Below, in pieces: positions 54,094 through 63,012 of a stretch of DNA of 64,000 nucleotides. The notes below the pieces were generated by a model. The model saw only the letters and a program-made list of their open reading frames with translations, was not told the DNA's origin and searched no databases. Positions within the stretch are counted from its first letter, which is position 1. Each line of letters starts with the position of its first letter. A program made the translations under genes and the position numbers. The stretch is from an uncultured Pelagibacteraceae bacterium (GTDB lineage: Bacteria; Pseudomonadota; Alphaproteobacteria; Pelagibacterales; Pelagibacteraceae): contig CACBOA010000004.1 in NCBI GenBank assembly GCA_902540785.1, positions 3,082 through 67,081 on the forward strand. The letters run 5' to 3'.

Positions 54094-55511
54094 TTTTTTT
54101 TTAAGGTTTGGAAAGCCTCTAGAGCAGCTTTACGTGCCTCTTCATGGACAACTATTGGTTTTGGATAATTTTTTCCTATAACTGTTTTAATCGCTTCTTG
54201 ATATTTTATTTCCATCTCCCAGGGCTTATGTATAAATTTTTTTGGAACATTAGTTAGTTCGGGAACCCATTTTTTAACATATGTGCCCTCTTTATCAAAT
54301 TTCTCTCCCTGTAGAATAGGATTAAATATTCTGAAATAGGGTGCTGCATCAGCGCCACAACCAGCAACCCATTGCCATTGAGCTACATTATTAGCTTTAT
54401 TAAAATCTAATAAACAATTTCTAAAATGTTTTTCACCTTCAGTCCAATTTATTCTTAGATGTTTTACCAGAAACGAACCCACAACCATTCTTATACGGTT
54501 ATGCATCCAACCAGTTTCATAAAGTTCTCTCATCCCAGCATCAACAATCGGATAACCCGTCATACCTGATTGCCACGCTTTTAAAAATTTTTCATTTTTG
54601 ACCCAAGGAAACTTATCAAATTCTTTTCTATAATTTCCTTTCAAAAATTCTGGAAAATAATTGATTAAACTATGTGAAAATTCACGCCAACCTAGCTCAT
54701 TAATATATTTTCTGTAACCAATTCCTTTCGATTTAATCTCACTGCACTTTTTCCAAATAGTATTTACGTGAATTTGCCCATGTTTGATATAAGGAGACAA
54801 TTTCGATGTACCCTCGACAGAAGGATAATCTCTTGCAGTTCCGTAATCTTTAATTTTGCCATCAATTAGATTTTTTAGAATTTTTTTAGACTCTTCCTCA
54901 GAAACCTTCCAATATTTTTCAAACTTTTTATACCAATTTTTTCTTGGAAGAATATCTTTTGGCTCTATACAACCTTTAAAGAATGATAATGACTTTGTTT
55001 TTTTTTTGATACTATAATTTTTACTCGGCGGTGATCCTAAAAATTTTTGTTCAGCATTTCTCCAAAATGGAGTGAATACTTTAAAAGGTGTTCCATCATT
55101 TTTAGTTACTTCTTGAAACTCATTTAAAATATTTCCTTTAAAATATTTGTAATTAATCTGATTTTTAACAAAAATATCTCTAATTTTTTTTCCTTTTGCA
55201 ATTACGTCTGGTTCGTAAATTTTATTCCAATATATCGAAATATTGTCTTTTTTTTTAATCTTTGAAAATATATCCAGCTCATCACCTGCTAATATTTGAA
55301 GATTGATCTTAAATTTAGATAATTCAGACTTAAAGATTTCCAATGATTTTGAAAGCCACCATTTTTGTGCCTCTCTTTTGGTATCAAAGTCGTTTTTGTT
55401 GTAAATGTATAGGGCAAGTACGCTATCATGATTTTGGGTTGCGTAAGAAAGGGCAGGGTTATTTTCAATTCTAAAATCCTCTCTTATCCAAGTGATCGCG
55501 TTTTTTGTCAT
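54090..55511 (-). CDS. phrB: Class I CPD DNA photolyase
   Basis: W.REDFR..NP, TSKLSPY, ELGWREF, TGYPIVDAGMREL..TGWMHNR, WQWVAG.G.DAAPYFRIFNP. Confidence 0.93.
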   Translation of the reverse strand: MTKNAITWIREDFRIENNPALSYATQNHDSVLALYIYNKNDFDTKREAQKWWLSKSLEIFKSELSKFKINLQILAGDELDIFSKIKKKDNISIYWNKIYEPDVIAKGKKIRDIFVKNQINYKYFKGNILNEFQEVTKNDGTPFKVFTPFWRNAEQKFLGSPPSKNYSIKKKTKSLSFFKGCIEPKDILPRKNWYKKFEKYWKVSEEESKKILKNLIDGKIKDYGTARDYPSVEGTSKLSPYIKHGQIHVNTIWKKCSEIKSKGIGYRKYINELGWREFSHSLINYFPEFLKGNYRKEFDKFPWVKNEKFLKAWQSGMTGYPIVDAGMRELYETGWMHNRIRMVVGSFLVKHLRINWTEGEKHFRNCLLDFNKANNVAQWQWVAGCGADAAPYFRIFNPILQGEKFDKEGTYVKKWVPELTNVPKKFIHKPWEMEIKYQEAIKTVIGKNYPKPIVVHEEARKAALEAFQTLKKN

Positions 55512-55516
55512 AAAAA

Positions 55517-56638
55517 TTATTTTCTTCCCTTAGATAGCAGTTGTTTGTAAAGTTTAACATCTGCATTACCTTCGCATCCAATAACTAAAACATTTGAATT
55601 TTCATTAAGGTTTATCAATCTTCTAGCTTTTTGGTTGTTGCAAATTCCAATTAAAGCAATAATCCCTGGAGTAGCGCATTCACCACCTACAATTGAAGTT
55701 TTGCTGAACTTTTTATCTTTTAGACCAGCTACTGTTTTTGCAACATTTTTATCTGAAATTGAGACACAACAATTACTAGCTTTTTTTAATATTTGCCAGG
55801 GCACAAGAGACATTTCATTACAAGACATACCACCCATAATGCTCTCTTTTCTTATCTTTATTTTCTTTAACTTGTTATTTTTGACACTTTGAAGAACGCA
55901 ATCGGCTCTATCTGGTTCGACAATAATGATTTTTGGAATTTTTTTAAAATATTTTGCCACTCCAGCAACTAACCCTGCAGCTAAACCACCAACACCAGCT
56001 TGAAGAAATATATGAGTAATATACTGATTAGTTTGTTTAGAAATTTCTTTAATTAAAATAGAGTAACCTGCCATTGTTAATTGAGGAATATACTTGTAAT
56101 TTTTTGTAGATACATCTTGAATAATTTTCCAGTTATTTTTTTTTGAGAGTAATTGGCATTCTTTTAAGGATGCTTCATAATTTCCCCTTACTCTTATTAC
56201 TTCAGCACCAAATTTTTTAATTTCTTTTACTCTTGTTTCACTTACGTATTGACTAACAAAGATTTTACATTTCAATTTTAGTCTTTTTGCTCCCCATGCC
56301 ACAGATCTCCCATGATTACCAGCTGTTGCTGATGAAACGATTATTTTGTGTGCTTTTTTTGAAATTTTTTCTACTGCATAAGCACCACCAAGTGCTTTAA
56401 AGGATTTTAAGTGAAATCGTTTAGATTCGTCTTTATAAAATATATTTTTAAGCTGAAGTTTTTTATTTAATTTGTTTAATTTCAATAGAGGAGTTGGATT
56501 ATATCCTTTCCATTTAGATATATTTTTATGAGAATTAACCAATAAATTTGATGGTAAATATTTTAAAACATAATTTCTACTAAATTGAAAGTTTTTATTT
56601 ATTAAGAATTTGGAGTATTTCCATTTAAGATTTTGCAT
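55517..56638 (-). CDS. Diaminopropionate ammonia-lyase family PLP enzyme
   Basis: KDES.RF.LKSFKALGG.YA, ATAGNHGRSVAWGA, QAGVGGLA, GE. Confidence 0.85.
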   Translation of the reverse strand: MQNLKWKYSKFLINKNFQFSRNYVLKYLPSNLLVNSHKNISKWKGYNPTPLLKLNKLNKKLQLKNIFYKDESKRFHLKSFKALGGAYAVEKISKKAHKIIVSSATAGNHGRSVAWGAKRLKLKCKIFVSQYVSETRVKEIKKFGAEVIRVRGNYEASLKECQLLSKKNNWKIIQDVSTKNYKYIPQLTMAGYSILIKEISKQTNQYITHIFLQAGVGGLAAGLVAGVAKYFKKIPKIIIVEPDRADCVLQSVKNNKLKKIKIRKESIMGGMSCNEMSLVPWQILKKASNCCVSISDKNVAKTVAGLKDKKFSKTSIVGGECATPGIIALIGICNNQKARRLINLNENSNVLVIGCEGNADVKLYKQLLSKGRK

Positions 56639-56704
56639 TATAAATTTTTTTTATATTCAAACTATAAATAAACCTATATTAATATTTATACAAAGAAAAA
56701 CTAA

Positions 56705-57655
56705 ATGAAAAAAATATTAATCATCGGTGGTGGTGCAATGGGTTCTGCTTTTTCAATCCCATGTTTAGAAAATAATAATAAAGTTACAATAACAGAACCA
56801 TATAATAAAGTTTTCATTAAGAATTTATCCTCAAAAAAAAAATTTCATTCCTCTTTAAAAACTAATTTGCCAAAAAAGTTAAAATTTAAGAATTATTCAA
56901 AAGATATATTCAGAGAAAAGTTTGATTTGATTGTAATAGCATTGAGTCTTGCCGGAATTAATTTTATCGGAAAGGAATTGAAAGACTTAAAAATAAAAAC
57001 ACCATTATTAGTTCTTACTAAAGGACTAAAATATGATAAAAAAAGAAAAAAACTCTTAACTATTTCAGGGTTACTCAAAAATAATTATAATGTTGCAAAT
57101 GTGTCAGTTTTAAAAGGACCTTGTTTGGCTAAAGAATTAGCAAGAAAAAATAAGACAAGTGTAGTAATAGCAAATAAGAATATAAAAATAGCTAAATGGA
57201 TTGGAAAACAAATATCTACTAAATACTATCTAACTGAATTTTCTAAAGATGTTATTGGAGTAGAAATTTGCTCAGCAATTAAGAATATATATGCAATGGT
57301 TATAGGTTCAGGTCAAAATTTAAATGCTTCATCAGATTTATTTCAAAAAAGTGTAAATGAGATGAAATTTTTAATAAAACATTTCAAAGGAGATGAGACG
57401 ACGATACTTGGACTTGCTGGTATTGGTGACTTATATGTAAGTGCTGTGGGAGGACGAAACAGCAAAATGGGAGATTTTTTGGGCAAAGGTTTTACATTCA
57501 CAACAGCTAAAAAAAAGTTTATGCCAAAAGATACAGTGGAAGGTGAGCAATTAGCTAGAGAAATTGCTCCTTATATCTTAAAAAAAATTAATAAAAAAAA
57601 CATACCGCTGATGGCTCATTTGCTAAAGACGATACTATATAATAGAAAAATTTAG
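56705..57655 (+). CDS. gpsA: NAD(P)H-dependent glycerol-3-phosphate dehydrogenase-like protein
   Basis: IGGGAMG, TKGL, GP..A.E, D.IGVE..SA.KN, GLAGIGDL, RN, TVEG. Confidence 0.8.
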   Translation: MKKILIIGGGAMGSAFSIPCLENNNKVTITEPYNKVFIKNLSSKKKFHSSLKTNLPKKLKFKNYSKDIFREKFDLIVIALSLAGINFIGKELKDLKIKTPLLVLTKGLKYDKKRKKLLTISGLLKNNYNVANVSVLKGPCLAKELARKNKTSVVIANKNIKIAKWIGKQISTKYYLTEFSKDVIGVEICSAIKNIYAMVIGSGQNLNASSDLFQKSVNEMKFLIKHFKGDETTILGLAGIGDLYVSAVGGRNSKMGDFLGKGFTFTTAKKKFMPKDTVEGEQLAREIAPYILKKINKKNIPLMAHLLKTILYNRKI

Positions 57656-57735
57656 CCGATTAGAAAGTTATTTTCTACAAGCAGTCCGATGATAATTCCT
57701 ACTATCAACGCGAGAATTAATTTTTTTTTATCCAC
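57652..57735 (-). CDS. Unannotated 27-aa single-TM microprotein MDKKKLILALIVGIIIGLLVENNFLIG
   Basis: Translated by hand: GTG 3 nt after livM stop; KKK then 15 apolar residues with GxxxG; TAA overlaps the convergent gpsA stop. Confidence 0.6.
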   Translation of the reverse strand: MDKKKLILALIVGIIIGLLVENNFLIG

Positions 57736-57738
57736 TTC

Positions 57739-58803
57739 CTAAGTTTTTTTACCAAAAGACTTTAAATTTGTAGATGATGGGATTTTTGTCTTCCATTTCT
57801 GTTTTATATTTTCCCATAATTTTGCCATTCCTAAAGGTTCATAGATCATGAAAATAATCATCAATCCACCAAATATTACCTGTTCAATTGAGGATATAAT
57901 TGTAGCATCAATGGCACCATGAAAAACATTATTACCAATAGCATTAAGAAGAACTGGGAAAAGTAAAATAAATGCTGCTCCTATAAAAGCACCATTTATT
58001 GTACCAAGTCCACCCAAAATGCACATAAATAATATTTTAAAAGATAATTTAATATCAAATGCAACTGGTTCTAAAGATTTTAAATAACAAAATGCAAAGA
58101 GTGCACCTGCAACTCCACAATAAAATGCACTGATTGCAAAGGCTTGTACTTTTGTTCGTAATAATGACACTCCCATCGACTCCGCAGCGATATCCATGTC
58201 TCTAACTGCCATCCAATTCCTACCTGTACTACCTCTAGCCATATTCATCGCTAGTAAAGTTAAAACTGTTGTAACAGCCAGACATACAAAATACATTGCT
58301 AATGGTGTTGTAAATGGTTTTCCTAAGATAACTATGTCTTGTGCAGTTATAATTCCTGATGAGTCGTAGTTTTTAAACCAACCAAATTTATCTATCATCC
58401 ATATAATAAAGAACTGTGAGGCTAATGTAGCAACCATCAGATAAATTCCTCTTACTTTTAAACTTGGCAGACCAAACAAAATTCCAAAAGCTGCAGCAAT
58501 TAAACCTGACACTATTAGTGAGCCTACGAAACCTAAATCAGGCACTCTTAAAATAAGGTTAAACATTGCAAAAGCACCTGCCGCCATGAAGCCAGCAGCA
58601 CCTAAAGCTAATTGTCCTGTGTAACCCATAACAATTTGCTGTCCAATTGTAGCTAAAGCTAAGCAAAGCCAAGGTATCAATATAGAAGTGTACCAATATT
58701 CTGTTGTAATAAATGTAGGTATTACTAATACACTCAGAACCATACAAACAGCTAAGTTAATCAGGTCTTTTTTTGTATAAGTCATAAATACTGGTTTCAT
58801 CAT
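57739..58803 (-). CDS. livM: HAAT ABC permease LivM-type, system 3
   Basis: GYTGQLALG, GLPSLKVRGIYL..ATLA, GRNWMAVRDMDIAA, EPLGMA. Confidence 0.9.
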   Translation of the reverse strand: MMKPVFMTYTKKDLINLAVCMVLSVLVIPTFITTEYWYTSILIPWLCLALATIGQQIVMGYTGQLALGAAGFMAAGAFAMFNLILRVPDLGFVGSLIVSGLIAAAFGILFGLPSLKVRGIYLMVATLASQFFIIWMIDKFGWFKNYDSSGIITAQDIVILGKPFTTPLAMYFVCLAVTTVLTLLAMNMARGSTGRNWMAVRDMDIAAESMGVSLLRTKVQAFAISAFYCGVAGALFAFCYLKSLEPVAFDIKLSFKILFMCILGGLGTINGAFIGAAFILLFPVLLNAIGNNVFHGAIDATIISSIEQVIFGGLMIIFMIYEPLGMAKLWENIKQKWKTKIPSSTNLKSFGKKT

Positions 58804-58806
58804 AAA

Positions 58807-59715
58807 TTAAACTCTCCTAATAATTTTTTCTCCAAATAAACCTTCCGGTCTATATAATAAAAAGAATATTGCTAAGACGTAAGGAGCCCAACCTTCAATT
58901 GCGCCACCAAAAAACGGTCCAATGTATACTTCTAAAACTTTCTCTACTGCACCAATGATTAAGCCACCAATAATTGCGCCTGGAATAGATGAAAAGCCAC
59001 CTATAATTAAAACTGGCAAAGCTTTTAACGCTAAATCAACAAGAGCAAATTGAACACCAGCTCTTGCACCCCACATACATCCTGCAACTAATGCCACAAC
59101 TCCAGCAGCAGACCAAACTAGTAACATAATGTGTTTTAAAGGAATTCCTATTGAACTAGCGGCACCTGCATCATCTGCAACAGCTCTCAGACCCAGACCA
59201 ATTTTTGTATATTTAAATAGAAGGAATAAACCGATAATCATTATAGCTGCAACAAGTCCTGCAGTAATATCAAGAGCACTAATAAATAATTTTAAGTTAT
59301 CAGCAATCCACGGCACTGGAAAATCTCCTATACCTAAATCTAATCTTCTTACTTCTACTCCCCATGCTGCTTGAGCCAAGCCTTCTAAAACATATCCTAG
59401 ACCAATTGTGGCCATTAGCACCGTGTCCTCACTGGCATTCATGAGAGGTCTTAAAACAAATCTTTCGGTACACAAACCAACAACTACCATTAGAAGAGCA
59501 GCTAAAATAAAGGCAAGTACAAAAGGTATGTTAAAATCTTGCATGAAACCACAAAAAGCAAGCACTGAGAAAAAAACCATAGCTCCTTGTGAAAAGTTAA
59601 AGGTTGCTGAAGCTTTAAAAATTAGAACAAATCCTAAAGCTACCAATGAGTACATAGTTCCAGCAAGCAAACCGCCAACTAAAACTTCCATAAAAAATAA
59701 TAATTCTTCAACCAT
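58807..59715 (-). CDS. livH: HAAT ABC permease LivH-type, system 3
   Basis: ALGFVLIFKAS..FNFSQG, GLRAVADD, RPEGLFGE. Confidence 0.9.
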   Translation of the reverse strand: MVEELLFFMEVLVGGLLAGTMYSLVALGFVLIFKASATFNFSQGAMVFFSVLAFCGFMQDFNIPFVLAFILAALLMVVVGLCTERFVLRPLMNASEDTVLMATIGLGYVLEGLAQAAWGVEVRRLDLGIGDFPVPWIADNLKLFISALDITAGLVAAIMIIGLFLLFKYTKIGLGLRAVADDAGAASSIGIPLKHIMLLVWSAAGVVALVAGCMWGARAGVQFALVDLALKALPVLIIGGFSSIPGAIIGGLIIGAVEKVLEVYIGPFFGGAIEGWAPYVLAIFFLLYRPEGLFGEKIIRRV

Positions 59716-59724
59716 ATTTTTATC

Positions 59725-60519
59725 CTAGTGTTCTACTCCTAAATAAGCATCTATTACTTTTTGATTTGATCTTACTTCATCAGGCGTACCATCGCCAATA
59801 ACTTTACCATAATCAAGCACTACAACTCTGTCTGATATATCCATAACTACTCCCATATCATGCTCAATAAGAACCATAGTTGTGCCGAGTTCATCATTTA
59901 CTTTTAAAATGAACCTACACATGTCCCTTTTTTCTTCAACATTCATTCCAGCCATAGGCTCATCTAATAAAATTACAGATGAGTCTGTTGCAAGAGCACG
60001 ACCTAATTCCACTTTCTTTTGTAATCCATATGGAAGTTTTCCAACTGGTGTGTCTTTAATATCCTCAATTTCTAAAAAGCTAATTATTTCTTCAGATCTA
60101 TCTCTGTTTTCTTTCTCTTCTTTTTTTACCTTAGGTAGTTGAAATGCGACTTCAAGAAAATTTGTTTTTGTGTGAAGCTTTCGGCCTACTAAAATATTAT
60201 CTAGGACTGACATTCTTTTAAATAGAGCTAAGTTTTGAAAAGTTCTAGATAAACCCATTTGAGCCATGATATTTGGTGTTATATTTGTTATTTGTTGTCC
60301 CTTAAACGAGACAGTTCCTTGTTGAGGCTTATAAATCCCGTTTATACAATTCAGCATTGAGCTTTTACCTGCTCCATTAGGTCCGATTATAGCTCTAACT
60401 TCATGCTCAAGAACATCAAACGAGGTGTCAGTTATTGCTTTAACACCACCAAAAGAAAGAGAAATATTTTTTACTTCTAATATTGGTTTACCTATTTTAA
60501 ATTTTCTTTCTTGTGCCAT
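59725..60519 (-). CDS. livG: HAAT ABC ATP-binding LivG-type, system 3
   Basis: GPNGAGKSS, RTFQN, LPYGLQK, LDEPMAG, IEHDM. Confidence 0.92.
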   Translation of the reverse strand: MAQERKFKIGKPILEVKNISLSFGGVKAITDTSFDVLEHEVRAIIGPNGAGKSSMLNCINGIYKPQQGTVSFKGQQITNITPNIMAQMGLSRTFQNLALFKRMSVLDNILVGRKLHTKTNFLEVAFQLPKVKKEEKENRDRSEEIISFLEIEDIKDTPVGKLPYGLQKKVELGRALATDSSVILLDEPMAGMNVEEKRDMCRFILKVNDELGTTMVLIEHDMGVVMDISDRVVVLDYGKVIGDGTPDEVRSNQKVIDAYLGVEH

Positions 60520-60521
60520 CT

Positions 60522-61337
60522 TTAGTTAATTTTTTTCTTTGTTAAACTTTCTTCCTTAAGTACGTCTCTGAAATTTTTTCTGCCTTTCTTTGAAATACCT
60601 AAATATAATTCTTTTACTTGGTCATTACTCAATAAACTCTTAGCTGTCCCATCTAACATCACTCTTCCTGTTTCAATAATATAACCATAATCGGAATTTT
60701 TTAGTGCAACGTTAGTATTCTGTTCAGCAAGTAAAATACTAACTCCTTCTTTGGTATTTAATTCTTTCACAATATTAAAAATCTCAGCAACTAATTGAGG
60801 TGCAAGGCCCATTGTTGGCTCATCCAATAATAGCATTTTAGGTTTAGCCATCATCGCTCTTGCGACCGCTATCATTTGTTGCTCTCCACCTGATGTAAAT
60901 GCAGCTTGGCTTTTTCTTCTTTCCTTTAATCTTATGAAATAAGTATATATTTTTTCTAATTCTTGATTGATATCACCTTTTGATAATTTTCTTGAGTATG
61001 CCCCAGCAATAATATTTTCTTCAACAGTGAGGTGGCCAAAACATCTTCTGCCCTCTAATACTTGAACCATGCCAAGCCCAACCATTTGTGAGGGATTTTG
61101 TTTTTCAATTAAGGTACCATCATATTCTATAGTGCCTTTTGTTACTTTACCTCTTTCTGAGGCTAGCATAGTTGAAACCGCTTTTAATGTTGTACTCTTA
61201 CCCGCTCCATTTGCTCCAAGTAGTGCTACTACTTTTCCCTTTGGCACTTTTAATGAAACATCATGTAGAGCTAAAATAACATTATCATATGTTACTTCGA
61301 TATTTTTAATATCAAGTATGTTGGTTGAAGTGCTCAT
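60522..61337 (-). CDS. livF: HAAT ABC ATP-binding LivF-type, system 3
   Basis: GANGAGKST, SGGEQQM, LDEPTMGLAP, AEQN. Confidence 0.92.
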   Translation of the reverse strand: MSTSTNILDIKNIEVTYDNVILALHDVSLKVPKGKVVALLGANGAGKSTTLKAVSTMLASERGKVTKGTIEYDGTLIEKQNPSQMVGLGMVQVLEGRRCFGHLTVEENIIAGAYSRKLSKGDINQELEKIYTYFIRLKERRKSQAAFTSGGEQQMIAVARAMMAKPKMLLLDEPTMGLAPQLVAEIFNIVKELNTKEGVSILLAEQNTNVALKNSDYGYIIETGRVMLDGTAKSLLSNDQVKELYLGISKKGRKNFRDVLKEESLTKKKIN

Positions 61338-61373
61338 TAATTTTTTTCAATTATATTTATATTAAATTTTATT

Positions 61374-61417
61374 TAAAGGGGAGTTAGAATAACTTGATTA
61401 TCTAAACTCCCCCTTTA
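61374..61417 (-). terminator. Long imperfect stem-loop between SBP and ATPase genes (stabiliser or weak terminator)
   Basis: TAAAGGGGAGTT... / ...AACTCCCCCTTTA inverted repeat; no clear U-tract. Confidence 0.6.
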
Positions 61418-61444
61418 GTAGATATTAATTTATTTCTAAATTAA

Positions 61445-62785
61445 TTATCCACATTTTTTCGGTGTAATGTTGTTTTCTTTAGCAAATTTCGCTGCAGATG
61501 CCTCTACAAGACCTCTAATAAATGCAGGATCACCTGGAGCTTCCCAACCAGTTACCTGATTGAATTTAGTTCCATCCCACTGCATTACAGCAAATTTACC
61601 GGCACCTTCATGGTTTGCGCATGAAATAGCAAATGGAGCTAACATTCCTCCAACTCCAAGTTCAGTAAGTCTAGCTTCAGTCATGTTTAAATTTTCATAA
61701 CCATCTCTAAACTCAGCACCAGTTACTGCTTTACCAACTTTGTTATGCATTTTTTGAGCAATTCTTAACGCCTCAATCCACATAACGGCAGCACCTAGTC
61801 CTCTATTCCAGTAAACGGAACCAATCCTATTTGGATCAGCTAAGTTACCTTTTCCGGCACCATATACTTTATCTTTAATGTCTTTAACTAATGGATATTC
61901 ACCTGGTAAAGCATTTGCAACAGCATAAGTTCCCTTAGCTGCATCACCTGCTGGATACATATCCTCTTCGGCAGCACCGAATGTTACATACATCATTCTA
62001 TCTCTTGGGAAATTAATTCTAGCAGCGTTAGTCATTGCTGTTGAATTCATTCCAGAACCTGCTCCCCAGAAAGTAACCCAATCAGGTTTTTCTTTTCTGA
62101 TTTGCAGCCATTGAGATTGTTGCTCTAATCCTGGAGGTGGAATTGAGATTTCAATTAATTTCATTCCCCAATCAGAAGTTATTTTTCTCATTGCTGGAAG
62201 TGGTTCTCTTCCGTAAGCAGAGTCGATGTGTAAGTGAACGATTTTTTTACCTTTCATTTTATCTATACCGCCCTCTACTTGAGCCATAAACTTCAGTTTA
62301 ACCGCTATTTGTGACCAGTAGTGACTTGCAGCATTAAATACCCAAGGCCATACTCTTCCATCAGCACCGTCAGTTCTTCCATAACCATATTGAGCTAAAA
62401 CAACATTATCTTTAGCCATACGGTTAATCACAGCGTATGCTCCTGGTGTTCCTAAAGTATCAAACACTACTATTCTTTGACCATCTTTTTCTAAAAGTCT
62501 TTGGTAACATTCTACCGTTTTAACAGCGTTATATTCCGTCTCACACTCTTGCCATGTAAGCATTACTCCGTTTACTCCACCCGTCATGTTTACATAGTTC
62601 ATGTAATCAATTTGAGCCCCGTAGTAACCAGTACCCATTGCTGAGTAAGGTCCAACACGACTACTTGCTACTGGAAAATATTGTGTCTCAGCAGCAGATA
62701 CACTTTGAGGTAAAGTAAGTGAAGAAAATAAAGCGATAACTACTGTTAGAGTAGAAGTTAGCCTTTTAATTATTTTTGCTAACAT
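61445..62785 (-). CDS. HAAT ABC substrate-binding protein, system 3
   Basis: Signal peptide; R.GPY, GGVNGV, ECETEY, GYGR, DS.YGRE, QW.QIR; start placed at ATG 62785 after a GGAGG SD. Confidence 0.9.
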   Translation of the reverse strand: MLAKIIKRLTSTLTVVIALFSSLTLPQSVSAAETQYFPVASSRVGPYSAMGTGYYGAQIDYMNYVNMTGGVNGVMLTWQECETEYNAVKTVECYQRLLEKDGQRIVVFDTLGTPGAYAVINRMAKDNVVLAQYGYGRTDGADGRVWPWVFNAASHYWSQIAVKLKFMAQVEGGIDKMKGKKIVHLHIDSAYGREPLPAMRKITSDWGMKLIEISIPPPGLEQQSQWLQIRKEKPDWVTFWGAGSGMNSTAMTNAARINFPRDRMMYVTFGAAEEDMYPAGDAAKGTYAVANALPGEYPLVKDIKDKVYGAGKGNLADPNRIGSVYWNRGLGAAVMWIEALRIAQKMHNKVGKAVTGAEFRDGYENLNMTEARLTELGVGGMLAPFAISCANHEGAGKFAVMQWDGTKFNQVTGWEAPGDPAFIRGLVEASAAKFAKENNITPKKCG

Positions 62786-63012
62786 TATTCCTCCCTTATG
62801 TTTAGTTATGTTAAACATTCTAATAAGCTATAATCTAACCACATAGCTAGGGTTTCTGCAATTGATAATCATTATAAATTTAAAAAATATAATTCTTCTA
62901 GTAATGCAAAATTATACAACTTTTGATTGAAGAAAATTTTTCGTCTTAACTTTGATGATTATGATTGCATATCAACTAATTATAAAGTTTGAAGATAAGC
63001 TAGATTACGATT

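Noticed and set aside
62786-62818. Longer starts given in the ORF track (62818, also 14012, 17105, 19292, 21390, 25542, 29076, 43954)
   Set aside because: Downstream ATGs have a better SD or promoter context or avoid overlaps, so starts were adjusted
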